The notes under the pieces: model-generated
What the model was told of the DNA's origin: nothing
Seen by the model: only the letters and a program-made list of their open reading frames with translations
Database searches by the model: none
Translations under genes and position numbers: made by a program
Part shown: positions 12,001 through 26,739 of the stretch, one piece after another
Position numbering within the stretch: position 1 is the first letter of the stretch
How the letters are laid out: each line of letters opens with the position of its first letter
DNA from: Octopus vulgaris
Taxonomy: Eukaryota
NCBI GenBank assembly: GCA_951406725.2
Contig: OX597833.1
Coordinates: forward strand, 60,016,001-60,080,000
Direction: 5' to 3'
Length of the DNA: 64,000 bases

Positions 12001-15000
12001 AACACTACACCTGATTTTCTCCCTCCATACACATGCAAGCATGTATCAGACTCATACACTGTTCGCTTCCCAGACATTTGTACATTACTGCATATGCTTT
12101 ATATGCACTTTTGACAAGTTGTGGTGCACCTGAGCACTGTAGACAATAATTTCATTATATTATATTTATATCTGACAAACATATGACATGCAAATTAGTG
12201 TAATCATTACAACAAATTTCTAGTTTATGTTTGTTTTAATTAGCAATTCTCTATAAGTGAATGCTCTTTGTAAAAAAAATAGTCTAACTTAAATATAAAT
12301 CACTTATCTAACCCCTAATTCACACTACACCAATGACAAGTAATCATCTGCAGCAGCAACACTGTCATAAGCATGAGAAACAATTCAAACAGAGAAAGAT
12401 AAACACACTTTATAGAACAAAGGGATTTCCCTCATCAGCTGCCAGTTGAATATCCTGTTGATTTTGATGCTGGATCACTATATCCAGTAGTCAAATAACA
12501 TTAAAAAACAGTCCTGTGCATGTGTGTGTAATTATTAAGTACTCCATGTGTTATTTACTGTTCCCCCTTCTTCTATTGCAGATGGACAATCGCGGAAATC
12601 GTCTGCTTGCTGTGGATGATTCTGGAATCAACACACCTGCTATTGCTGCTGCACACGCAATTCGTCGTTACAATGCACAGGCTGCAGATGAAATTTCACT
12701 AGAGGTCAGTGGGTTCATTTTCTTTTTTGTTGTTATTGTTTAAACTCGGGTTTGCCCTGATAGAGTAGCCCCCTGAAAAAAGACATTCCACTCGCAACGG
12801 TACTGTTTTTTATGTTGGTCTACATTTTTCAAAAGTTTCACACGGAATTGGCTATTACGTTTAGCAAGTTGAGCAACAGAATGGAGACACCTTCTTTTGT
12901 AAGATGCTACCTTTTAACAATATTGGGTGTTCTTTGTATAAGCTGAGCTTGTGACCAGCAGGTTCAGTGTTTTGTGAGATGAAGAAAAGGGGAATGTAAA
13001 TGGGGTGGGCGCAATGATGGCAGTAGTGGTGGTGGTGGTGGTGGAGTGACAGCAGTGATTCTTGTAGTGTCTTGGCAACTGTGGTGGCAATGGTGGTGGT
13101 GGTGGTGGTGGTTCTAGTGGTGATCTTTGATGGTGATGGTAATTGTAGTGCTTGTAGTGGTAATGTTCATGGTGTCAGTGGTGGTGGTGGTGGTGGTGGT
13201 GGTACTGTTTCCATGGTGTAATTGTAGGAGCAAGCGTTCTGTAATTAGGATTTTATTTACTTTGGAGTCTCAGACACAAAAAAGATCTCTTGTGAGGTTG
13301 ATGTAGAGGGTGGTGGTGGTAGGGGAGGAGTAGTTCCTATGTATAGTTTGCCTTTTTTATTTGTTGCTGTTGAAGCATATTGTTTTGACCATTTGATCTT
13401 GATAGATCTCTGCTCACTTAGACCAACCTCTGCCCTGTTTGACCTTTGTCCATTTCAACTGACCCTGACCTCTGCCTACTTTGACCTACCTCTGCCTGCC
13501 TTGGCCAACTTCTACCCACCTCTGCCAACCTCTACCCACCTCAGCTGACCTCTGCTGACCTCCACCCACCTCAACTGACCTCTGTCTGCCTTGACTGGCC
13601 TTGGCTGCCCATGACTGACCTCTGTCCACTTTGACTAACCTCTACCTGCCTTGGCCAACTTCTACCCACCTCAGCTCACCTCTGCTGACCTCCACCCACC
13701 TCAACTGACCTCTGTCTGCCTTGACTGGCCTTGGCTGCCCATGACTGACTTCTGTCCACTTTGACTAACCTCTACCTGCCTTGGCCAACTTCTACCCACC
13801 TCAGCTCACCTCTGCTGACCTCCACCCACCTCAACTGACCTTGGCTCCCCATGACTGACCTCTGCCCACTTTGACTAACCTCTACTACTTTCATACATTT
13901 TCTCATTTACAGGTTGGGGATATTGTATCTGTGATAGACAAACCACCCCCCGAGGACACCATTTGGTGGAGGGGAAAACGTGGCTTTGAGGTAAATATGC
14001 AACATTTTTTCTGTCTTTGAAGTTGGTTGACTAAGTGTGCAAACTTATATATTTGCAAGAGTGTTCCTGAAACAGCCATTACCATAGGATAGCTGGTTGA
14101 GGACACTTTCCTGTATCAAATATCTGATATATATATGTGTGTGTATGTCTATACAACCTTGTTTGTATGTATGGAGAAGTAGGGTGCTGAAAAGTTCCTG
14201 GCTTTGGGTAAAAGAAAATATAGGAGGATCAGTCAATTATGATTTTATCTGGCCTCGTGCCGGTGGCACGTAAAAAGCACCATCCGTTCGTGTCCGTTGC
14301 CAGCCTCACCTGGCCCCCGTGCCGGTGGCACGTAAAAGCACCATCCATTCATGGCCGTTTGCCAGCTCCGTCTGGCACCTGTGCGGGTGGCACGTAAAAA
14401 GCACCCACTACACTCACGGAATGGTTGGCGTTAGGAAGGGCATCCAGCCGTAGAAACATTGCCAGATCAGACTGGGCCTGATGCAGCCTTCTGGTTTCAC
14501 AGACCCCAGTTGAACCGTCCAACCCATGCCAGCATGGAAAGCGGACACTAAATGATGATGATGATGATGATGTATTCTACCACTCTCGGATTGAACCCAG
14601 GGTGGATTGCCTTGGCTGGTTTATGGCACTGAGGTGTTCTTTGACACTCAGCATTGTGCAGGAAGCAATCCCAAATGCTATTCCACTGCAAATTTGGCAA
14701 ATAAATAAAATACATTTGCTGTGTATGTGTGATCAATAATGTTCACATTACAAAAATTGTTTTTAATTTATAATTTAAAATCTGTCTCTCTCTCTATGTA
14801 AAATATAGAAAGTCAGGTAAAGATAGGTGGGTTTAAAGCATGTATTTACATGGACTACAGATTATAGAGTATTCTGTAATCTGTATAGTTGTATTCCTTG
14901 TAAACACATGCTTTAACCCTTTTGTTACTGTATTTATTTTGTGATGCTCTGTGTTTCTTTCAATTACTTTAAATATAACAAAGAATTTAGTAAAATAACT

Positions 15001-15930
15001 TAGTTATCATTCAGCTAGTGTTAGGAACATAAATTGTGGCTAAGATTTGGTGGAAAATTTTAATTCAAAACTTCTGAAAACAAGACATTTTACCACAGGG
15101 CCAGAGTCGGGTTAGTAACAAAAGGGTTAAGCTTACCTGTATTTATCTGCCTTTTTACCTGCATAACAGCTTGATTAGGATCGTTTTTATAGCCAACTTT
15201 CGATGCCAAACCTCTTTGTGGATGAAGAAGTTAAAGTTTAAAATCTCATCTCCTTAAGTTATCTGTGTCATCTGTATCACACTTATTTTGAATATCAATG
15301 AGGGATCAGGTGACTGGCTTTCATTTCCATGGTTATAGAAATAACTGAGATGTGAAGCATTCTCACCGTTCCTTACCATTCCTCACACACACACACACAC
15401 ACACACACATGCCTTCCCCCAGGCACATAGTCGTGCAAACTGCATGGCCACCTCAATAGTGCAAGTGGCATGATAAAAATCAACCAGTCCACACTATAAA
15501 GGGGTTGGTCTTTGGAAGGCCATCTGGCTGTAAAAACCCTGCCAAAATAAATGTTGGATTTTAATGGCAGTCCTTGGATACATCAGATTCTCAATACTTT
15601 ATTGCCCACAAGGGGCTAAACATAGAGGGGACAAACAAGGACAGACAAAGGGATTAAGTCGATTACATCAACCCCAGTGCATAACTGGTACTTAATTTAT
15701 TGACCCCGAAAGGATGAAAGGCAGAGTCGACCTCGGCGGAATTTGAACTCAGAATGTAATGGCAGACGAAATACGGCTACGCATTTTTGCCCAGCGTGCT
15801 AACGTTTCTGCCAGTTCGCTGCCTCATGGATACATCGGATTCTGTCAAACTGTCCAGCCCATGTCAGCATGAAATATGAATGTTAAATGATGAGGATATG
15901 TATGTACATATTTGAGTGTGTGTGTGTGTA

Positions 15931-15967
<37 letters not shown>

Positions 15968-16319
15968 CGAAATCGAATTGAACCAGCCAGGATCCCTGGT
16001 CTGGTGGTACGTAAAAAGCACTATCCGACTCGTGGCCGATGCCAGCGCCGCCTCGACTGGCTTCCGTGCCGGTGGCACGTAAAATACACCAATCCGACCG
16101 TGGCCGTTGCTAGCCTCGCCTGGCACCTGTGCAGGTGCCACATAAAAAGCACTCACTACACTCACGGAGTGGTTGGCGTTAGGAAGGGCATCCAGCTGTA
16201 GAAACATTGCCAGATAAGACTGGAGCCTGGTGCAGCCTCCTGGCTTCCCAGATCCCCGGTCGAACCGTCCAACCCATGCTAGCATGGAGAACGGACGTTA
16301 AACGATGATAATGATGATG

Positions 16320-16365
<46 letters not shown>

Positions 16366-16673
16366 CTCTCTATACATAATTTACATGTCTGTGTGCATAT
16401 ATATATATATATAAATAATTTACATGTCTGTTGATGTGTATATATATGTATATGCTCGCACGCGCACAAGCACACACATATGGATATAAAATTAATGCTG
16501 ATATTTTCTTGTACAATGTGTTTCAGGTTGGTTTTTTCCCCAGTGAATGTGTTGAGGTGATCCGGGATAAAGTTCCACAGTCTATGGCTTCCAGAATACC
16601 ACCACCAATTAGGAAACCTTGTAAGTAGGAGCCGCAGCTTCTGTTAGCGCCATTGACGTCACTCTCACACGCT

Positions 16674-16732
<59 letters not shown>

Positions 16733-16895
16733 GCATACACACACACACATTTATATTTGTTTTTTTTTTTATCATCTTTTCACTGTAACTCCTCTCTCGA
16801 GAATAGTTTTAGTTTCCTTTTGTGTGTGTGTGTGTGTGTGTGTGCTGTTTTGATAAAATTCTGCTTTGTTATTAGTATTATCATTCTTGGTATTA

Positions 16896-16926
<31 letters not shown>

Positions 16927-17289
16927 TATTAAAAGATTGTTATTGTTGTTGTTGTTGTTATTAATATTATCATCATCATCGTTATTATTATTATTATGAT
17001 TATGGTTATATTTATTAGTAATGTTGTTGTTGTTGTTGTTCTTGCCATTAACAATACAGCTGTTTGTTTATTGGATTATTTTTAATTGTTTGTTTGTTTG
17101 TTTTAATGTTATACACGCGCCCCCTTCTCCCTTCCACCCACCCGCCCACCTACCCGCCCGCCCGCCCGCCCACCTCCTAATCCAGCTTCACCTGATAAAG
17201 TTTCCACATCTCTTACCTGCATCACTAATCTATTCTTGTCAGTCGGCACTCACTCACACTTTCATACACACCAATACATACATGCTTCC

Positions 17290-17321
<32 letters not shown>

Positions 17322-20300
17322 TTGTTTGCGTGTGCACACACAAAACACAAAACACACACACACACACACACGCATGCATGTATGTACACACACGATTTGT
17401 ATGCGTGTTTTACTCTTTTACTCGTTTCAGTCATTTGACTGCGGCCATGCTGGAGCACCGCCTTTTAGTCGAGCAAATCGACCCCGGGACTTATTCTTTT
17501 TATAAGCCCAGTACTTATTCTATCGGTCTCTTTTGCCGAACTGCTAAGTGACGGGGACGTAAACACACCAGCATGATGAACTGTAACCTCAGACTCTTCT
17601 ATAAGAATACGTAGAGTTCTTTACTAATCTGAAGAATATTGTTAACCTGGTGTACTAACAGAGAGCTTATGAAGTATTTTGCCCAGATTGATAGTCCCTT
17701 ATAAATAATTGTGTGTGTATGTGTACACACATGCACACACGTACACACACACGTGCGCACACTCACACACACACACACACATAATGGACTTCTGTCAGTT
17801 TCTGTCATTCAAATCCATTCACAAGAACTTGGTCAGCTTGAAGCTATAGTAGGAACCACTTACCCAAAGTGTCGCACTACAAGACTAAACATTAAGTCAC
17901 ATGGTTGCTATGTGAAATTCTGAACCATACGGTCATGCCTGTACACACACACACAAACACACACACATTTACACACACACACACACACACATATATTCAT
18001 CGTCATTGTTTAACGTCCATTTTGCCATGCTTGCATGGGTCAGACAGAATTTGTTGAGATGGATTTTCTCCCGCTGGATGCCCTTCCTGTCACCAACCCT
18101 TGCTTGTTTCCAAATAAGATAATGTTCCTCGTGACCAGACATGTTTTCACTGAAGATTGTTAATGGACACTGCTTGCATGTCAGGGGCATTCGTTTACGA
18201 CTATGACATGAATCCAAGGCAAGGAGGCACTAACAAATACATACACACACACAGGTTTGAACCAAAAGTAATGCAAAGCTAGGCATAGATTCTATTAACT
18301 GACATAGGTCATTCCAATTGCCCATATTTGGTAGAGTAACTCCTTCCTCTATACAGTGGTATCACGCAACATAGTCTCTATCACAAACAATGCATTCTGC
18401 CATTGTTGGACCCAACTCTTAAATCCTCTTTAAAAAAAAAGTTCAGATGTGCACTCTTCTACCTACATCTTCACGGAAATTTTCTCTCGGGGGGTGCCAG
18501 ATCTGGATTGTACAGTGGATGGAAGATCACTGACCTGCCCAATTTGCCAGTTACTGGATTCATTGGTGAATGTGGATCATTTTCCAATTCTTTTGTAGTC
18601 TCTTCTTTCTAATGGCTTCTCCAAGCTTTCTGGGTGTCACAATGTACTACTTGCTATTTGTGGCACAGCCACATTCCAGAAAATCAAAGAGAATTGTGTC
18701 CTTGTCGCTCTAAAAAACAAAAAAAAACAACCCTCATTACTTTTGCTGATTACTAGCCTTTGACTGCTTAAGCCTTGGAAAAGTGATGTGATGCTATTCC
18801 ATAGACTAAACCTTCATTTCTGGATCATAAAAATATGGCTCACATTTCATCCCTTGTCACTAGCTCAGAGGTAAAATAAGCTGAGTCTTTGTTAGCTTCA
18901 AATGTTTCCAGAAATCAGAACAGACTTCCACCCTCCTCTCCTTTAAATTATGTATTGATTGCAAAATACCCACATTGCATATACTTTCCTATACCCAACA
19001 TTTTGGACCTTCTGTAAAGCATTGTGACTGCAGTTCAGTAAATGGCAGCACGTTATTTCAGCTTGAAACCCAAGTAACCCATCACCAGCTAAAACAATTT
19101 GAAGCACTTTTATTATACAAAACCTGCATTCGTTTTTATTCCATGCATATGCAGGGACAGTAGCCTTGGTTTTCCATTGTAGTTTTCATTTAGTACCCTT
19201 ACATTTTAAATTTGTTATAGCTTTCACTAGTGAGGTTGTCTTGCGTAATATTTTGTTGCTAAATGTATGTCTATGCATATTATAGCAACTTTGAGAGGGA
19301 TTTGGTATATAAATTTCCTATATAAGTTTCCTTGTCAGTATGTACATTTGTAAATTACATTATGTAAGAGGCATTTCCCTTTAAGGGATCAATGATTGGC
19401 TGAAACTGTAGAACAGCTTCAGGTTGGGGTAGGAGTTATATGCTGAGATTTATAGAGATTTCGATAAATTTGAATTATTCTTCTGTTAATTTTTCCTGCT
19501 GTTAATTAGGTTATTTGTTCCTCGTTGTTTATTTTCACTACTACTACTACTACTACTATGACTGCATTTACTTCTAGTGTTAATTACCTGTAGTATTATT
19601 TTTACTATCGGAAATATCAGGTGTTTCAATATGGAAAGGTATGGTGTTAGCTTTCTTAATTTTAGGGCTCGTTAATAGTAAAGATTATTTCACCAGTTTC
19701 TCTGTTTTTAGAATAGCTTGAGTTAGAACTAGTTACTTCCCCATTTTTATCTCCATTTTACTCTGACTACAATCATTGAGTTCCTTTGTCATAGATTGTG
19801 TATTTCTATCTGCTTTTAGTTTTGCTGTATTAGATGAGGGAGACTTAGTTTTTACGTAGTACAAGGATTGTGCTTGGTGTATTGGTTAATTTTTCGTGAT
19901 GTTAAAATAGTCAAGTTATCTGCCCACTTGGATATTGTTGAGAATGAGAATCTTACTGTAAATTGATTGAAAATGCTGTAATATTTACAGTTAGGAAGAA
20001 AGATTTTGCTTAGTGTTTTGAAGAAAACCTTAGATGTATTAGCCTGCACATTTATTGTGTAAGGAGCATTGTACCAGGTTATATTTCTTCCTTGATTTTC
20101 TTATAGTTAGTTGTACCTGTGGTTATCTGTCTTTTAGAATTTGTCACGTTACAGCCCTCTAGAGCTTTATATATAACCTCATATTTAGATTAGAACTAAT
20201 GGAGCTTTTTTGAAATAAATATTCTTTTATCATTTACCTAACACGTTTTTTTAAAAATTTTATTATCAAGTGTTGTTTTCGGGGTGATGTTTCTTCCAAT

Positions 20301-20578
20301 TTTGGATATGGATATAGTTATTGGTCTTAACTAGATTACATTTGGTTTTTTTTCTCTACACTCAGCTTTAGGGCTCCCTCTATTTGTAATTGTTATTTGT
20401 TCCCTGTGATGTTTGCATCAGTTTCTGAGCAGCTTTTATTACGTTGGCCATCCACTTTGATCATTACAGGGGCTTCTAAGTCATATTATTTTCTTATCTA
20501 TTGAGGAATAATTCATGAGCATTGTTTTCAAATTTTTATGTTATTTGAATTGACTATATATATATATGTATGTATGTA

Positions 20579-20635
<57 letters not shown>

Positions 20636-23600
20636 TTCAGGTCAAAATTCCCATTTTTGAAGTGTGAAAACCAACAGTGGGTGGTACTCTGAGGCATTGC
20701 TCCTCCTCCATACACAGCACAAATCTCATGAGTAGCTTCAGCAGCCTTAATACCTCAGTTAAATGCAAAAGGCAAATGGTGCCACAAATGCTCAGTTTTG
20801 TCCACTTGACATTCCATTTTAACCCTTTCGTGACCAACCCGGCTGAAATCGGCTCTGGCTCTTTAGTACAAATGTCTGGTTTTCAAAAGTTCTGAATTAA
20901 AACCTTCCACCAAACCTTAGTCACAATTTATGTCCCTAACTCCAGCTTAATGATAACGATGTTATTTTACTTAATTCTTTGTTATATTTAACATAATTGG
21001 AAGAAACACTGAGCTTCTCATAATAAATTCAGTAACGAAAGGGTTAAAGATCTGAAAATACAGAAAAATCAATAAAATTAAAAAATCAAAACATACTGTC
21101 TTGTAGAGCAAAAAGTCCTCTTTTAAATATACAAAGCATTTAGCCAATGCATTTTATTTAAGCTTGCATTTTTAAATTTGAAAAAAAAACACTCAAGAAT
21201 TATTCTTCAACCCAATAGTTATTACATCTCCATGGTCTTTTGGATCACTCATAGTTAAAAATTTAGTATTAGGTATATTAGTTTGACTTGGTCTGTGATG
21301 GTGTTCTTACTAATGTTCCTTAGTTTTTTTGGCAGTGCTGATCTTTTTAATATGGTTTTCTTGTTCTTTACAAGGAATGTAATTAATTTCATCATTGAAT
21401 CCACTTCTTTTCTCTGCCTCATTGTGGTGTTCGGCATTCTCATTAAATATTTGTTCATTGGCCGACAATTTAGCTATTCTAAGTAAAATATTTCTAACGA
21501 GATTATCTATAATTGATCTCAGAGGATTAAATGTAGTGTAAGTTTTTGTTTGGTTTATGGTAACAAAATTGCAAACCACAAGTTGGATCAAGAAGGCCTT
21601 GAGGAAATTTTACCTTTTTTCAGATAGTGCTGAAAGTGATAGATGAAAACTTCTAAAGAATCTATTTAGTCCTTTATGGAGCCTTTCTGAGGCAAAAGGG
21701 TCACCGTTATTTGCAATCTACTCCTCATTTCTGTATAGTTCTCTTCTGAATTCCTAAGAAGATCCTTTCATTGAGCAGCAAAAACAGTCCAATCAAGTCA
21801 CTTAACCCGAGTCCAGTGAAGCCCTTAGTATATGAAAATAATCTTTTCTAGCCTTACCTCAACAGAAATGAACCATCCCAGTTGTAGGCAAATAGTTGTG
21901 GAGCAGTAGAGAATGGTTATATAAACCTGTATTGGCCAGAGAAAAGAAGAGAGAATTGTTGAAGACACCAAAACCCAATGAAATGAATATCAATCAGGGG
22001 TTGGGGTAAATCAGATGATTGACCTTCATCTCTGTGGTTGCAGAAATATGAGATGCTCTGAAGCCTCATTTCACAACATTTCTCATCAGGTCATTCTTCA
22101 CCAGTCCACATCAATATGCCTCCTTCTACACCAATGCCCCTGATTCCTCACCATTTTTCACACAACTCCATATCAGAGCTTGTCATTCCATACCAAGGAT
22201 TATGTTTTTAATTAAAGAGTAGCTTCCAACTTTAATCTTGTTATCTCAGTTGTCCTGAAATTTTATTTTATTCCCATTCTATGGAAATTGCCTCCAATAA
22301 AATAAGAACTAGGCTTCACCTTTGACCTGTTGGTGTCAACCAGTTGTCCTGTTTTATGGGCCTATAGAGCTTTACAAAGTGTCAACATGAAGTAAACGAG
22401 AAGTGAATGTTCCCCTGGATAGAGCAATGGTCAGTAATAGGTATGCAGCTGGGTGGCTTAACCACCCTACTCTAAAGACAGTGATGGCATGCACTAATGT
22501 GATGTGTTGCAACATGCAATGATATAGTGTACACTATAGAGGTGTTGTACCTTACTCTGGGTAAAAGACCTTTTCTGAAACATTCCATCGTAAAGTTCTG
22601 GAATTACTTTAGCAAACCAGAAATATTGACAACAGATTTTAAAAATTTTTACTTTCACACTTCCATTAAATGTGGTCACACTGTATGATATTGTTGCGCC
22701 TGTCATATTTTATGATATGTCTCACACTGTATGATATTACTCCTGTCACATTTTTATGATCCCTCTCACACTGTATGATATTATTCCTATCACATGACAT
22801 GAACCCCATCACTTGTCTATGATCTGACTGTATCACCCTATCCACATATACCCTGTAATATATACCCTGTCTCCCTTTTATGACTCCTGTTATAGTCATT
22901 GAAATAATTGTGATGCCTTGGTAGTTTTTTTATCTCTCAAGAGAGGACTTAACAACACACTCAGACAATTGTTCCATGTCTGTGTTTGTCTGTGTCTGTG
23001 CGTGTGTGGTACCTCACGAAAGGTACAAGTCTATGTGTGTAGTAGCCGAGTGTGGAATATTTCAGAGGATTCCAGATAGAGGCTGCTTGTGATTTTGTCC
23101 TATGTTTAACGATGTTAGCTGTTGCTGTGTGATATGATGTTACACATTTGACGTACGTATGAGGTTTTAGATGTGATGTGACTATTATACTTTCCTGCAG
23201 CATCCGGGCCGGTGAAACGGGGCAACACATGGAACGAAGGGGCAGCAGGCTCAATGACAACAGCTTCAACCACAGCCACGAGCAGCTCAACTAACACAGG
23301 CACGTTGTACCGTCTTTGAAGCATTCTTAACCAGCACAAGTGTACAGTCGCTCTGCTGCTGTCTCTCGCAGCATCGTCATCTGCGCTGTGTCAACGTAAT
23401 ACAATCAAAACGCAGTGTGCTGCAACACTGCAACACATGTTTTCAGAATTTAAGATGTCGTCCCTTCTGGCTTTAGTCATAAGATTGTTTCTATAATCCA
23501 ATGCACTGACGTATGTATGTATGTATGTGCGTGTGTGCATTTGCATGTGCGCAAGAGAGAGTATCTGCATATGCAAATGAACCTACGTGTGTGCATATAA

Positions 23601-26600
23601 GTATATTGTATTGTATATATAATTATATTGTATATAAACTTTGTGTTATATATACATTATATTTGTAAGAGAGTTGTTGCTGTAAATTTTCTGGCAGTAT
23701 TAGATTTAAGATTTTTTCATATTTTTTACTGAAGCTGATATAGATGTAATGCATCTGGTATCGTATGTGTGTATATATATATATATATGTATATTATATA
23801 TATGTAATATATTATGTATATAAACATATGTAATATCTGTGTTATGTATATATATTTAATATATATATATTTGTATGTATACATGTGCGTATGTGTGTGC
23901 ACCATATGTTTATGTATGTATATATATAATACATATATTGTATATAAACTTTGTGTTATATATACATAATATATGCTGTGTGTATAGTATGTGTGTGTAT
24001 TATATGTATTATGTATATGTGTGTATTTATATATATATATATATATATAACTTTATATAATCAAGGGCTCAGTAAAATAATTTACTTTGCCACATAGTGA
24101 AATTTTTAGAAATAGCAGCCAAAAAAAAAAAATTTTCTTCAGCCATTTCTACTACTTTAAGAATCTTTGTACATGTGATATTTTGTTGTTTTCCCTCCAT
24201 ATCTACGTGAATTATTTTTGAGTAAGCACTTTCAGGGAGATTCTTCTTAAAGTAGTAAAAATGGCTAAAGAGAAATTTTTTTTTTTTTTTTTTGGCTGCT
24301 ATTTCTAAAAATTTCAGTATGTGGCAAAGTAAATTATTTTACTGAGCCCTTAATTATATAAAGTAATATTTTGAATATGCCTTGAATGGTCCTTTTACAT
24401 ACTGAACACTACTTGGTGAAATTAATTAATGACTAATTGATTTTACCCTTAATTATTGATATATATATATATATGTACACACACACACACATACTTCATG
24501 TGTATGCGTGTATGAATGTGTGTCGGTAATATAGATATTTGTTTATTTTCTCCTAGTCTTTCACGTTAAGCCTCTTCCATTGCTGTGTCGTCAAGCCTGT
24601 TCTTTGCCATTAAACGTTCCAGTCTAAGAGTCTCATGTTTTCCCATTCTCCTTCCAACAGTCCTACGCAAACACAGCAACTTCATCAGCTTCCTACAACG
24701 TTTCTTCTTCACTCGACCAGCCCGGAACCAACTGAAACGTTCTGGCATTGTGAAAGAGCGAGTGTTCGGCTGTGATCTCGGCGAACATCTACTCAACTCA
24801 GGCCATGATGGTGAGCAGTTTTTTATTTTCTTTCTTTCTCTCCTCATCCTAAAATACACACTGCTCCCCCCTCTCTCTTTTTTCCCCCTCTCTTTTTGTC
24901 ATATATATATATAAGAGGGAAACCACTATGTGGACACCCATATGCTAGAAATAGATCTGCTACGGTCTCACCACAAAGAAATATTCTCAAGAAAAATTTA
25001 GCAAAACAACCAAACGTAATCGAGCAAGACAAAAGAAAAGGTAATAGAAATATAGATTATTCGTATACATGTTTCACTATCAACAAATTACATAATCTTA
25101 CTTACGTAATTGGCCGTAGATCATCGGTACGACTGTCCAAGGTGAATATAATTTGTAGGACTGCATACTAGGACGTCCACACAATTTCTAGCATATGGGT
25201 GTCCACATAGTGGTTTCCCTCTAATATATATATATATATAATACAATTCTACTGAACCTTCAGTTTTTTTATGCTAGACCACTGGTCTGAAATCAATGTT
25301 AATTAAATTAATATCTAATTTCTCACCCTCATGCCGGCATCAGTTGTTAGTTGTCGGAGCACTGCATCCTTCAAAACTTCCATGCTTCCTGAGATTCGCC
25401 AACACTACACCTGATTTTCTCCCCTCCATACACACACAAGCATGTATCTGACTCATGCACTGTTCACTTCCCAGACATTTGTACATTACTGCATATGCTT
25501 TATACACACTTTTTGACAAGTCGTGGTACACCTGAGCACTGTATACAATAATTTCCTTATTATTATTATTATTTTATGTTCCAGTTCCGTTGGTTTTGAA
25601 GTGTTGTGCTGAAGTGATTGAGAAACAAGGGATTATTGATGGCATCTATCGCTTATCTGGGATTAATTCAAACATTCAAAAACTCAGGTAAGATTATCTC
25701 CCACTTTTGCTACCCCCACCCCTATACCCCTTTCTCTACAGTAACACCAGATGGGACAGAAGCCCACTTCTTACCTGTCACTGTATTCTGTAACAAGTGT
25801 GTAACAACTGGTCTGCCATTGATAGTTTTCTCATTTCATGTTTACTAGACATGTTGGATTGTTCCATGTGGGAGTGGTGTTGGACTGTTCCATATGTGGG
25901 GGTGATATTTGACTGTTCCATATGTGTATAGATGGTACTGGGCTGTTCCATGTGTGGGGATTGTGTTGGACTGTTCCATATGTATATGTGTGGTTTTGAA
26001 CTGTTCTATGTATGTGGAGGTGGTATTGGACTGTTCCATATGTGTGTGGGGGTGGTATTGGACTGTTCCATGTGTGTGTATGTAGGGGAGATGGACTGTT
26101 CTATGTGTGTATGTGGAGTGTTGGACTGTTCTGTGTGTGTATGTGGAGCGTTGGACTGTTCTATGTTCATGTGTGGGGGAAGGGTTGGCCTGTTCCATGT
26201 GTGTGAGTGTGGTGTGGTAATGAGAGGAGACAAGACAAACAGCAACAAAAGACCAGAATGTCTACACATGTACAACCATGTGTAAACTTAGCTAAGCTTA
26301 GCTGTCATTCACAAGCGAATATGACCCGGTAGCTTGTGCCACACTTCTACCACATGTTTTGGGTATTTATGTCGATGCCCTCACGACCTTCCTACTTTGA
26401 CCCTTTGGAAGTTGTGACAACTGCAGGAGGAGAGAACTGCACAAGCAATCAAGCTGGCACTCATTGTGCCATCTGCTGGCTGAAATGAAATGGTGGAGTG
26501 AGTTGAAGTACTTTGCTCTAGGAGACAACGTGCGGCACCAACAAGGAATCGAAACCATGGCCTTGCAGTTATAAGTCCAACACACAAACCACTAAACCAT

Positions 26601-26707
26601 GCACATTCACAATTCTCTCTCTCTCTATCTGTCTGTCTATCTATCTATCTGTCTGCCTGTCTGTCTGTCTGTCTGTCTGTCTGTCTTTCTATCTGTCTGT
26701 CTCTCTA

Positions 26708-26739
<32 letters not shown>

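Noticed and set aside
12380-12445. Minus-strand CTGATGAGGGAAATCCC as a hammerhead
   Set aside because: No GAAA or stem III follows the hairpin
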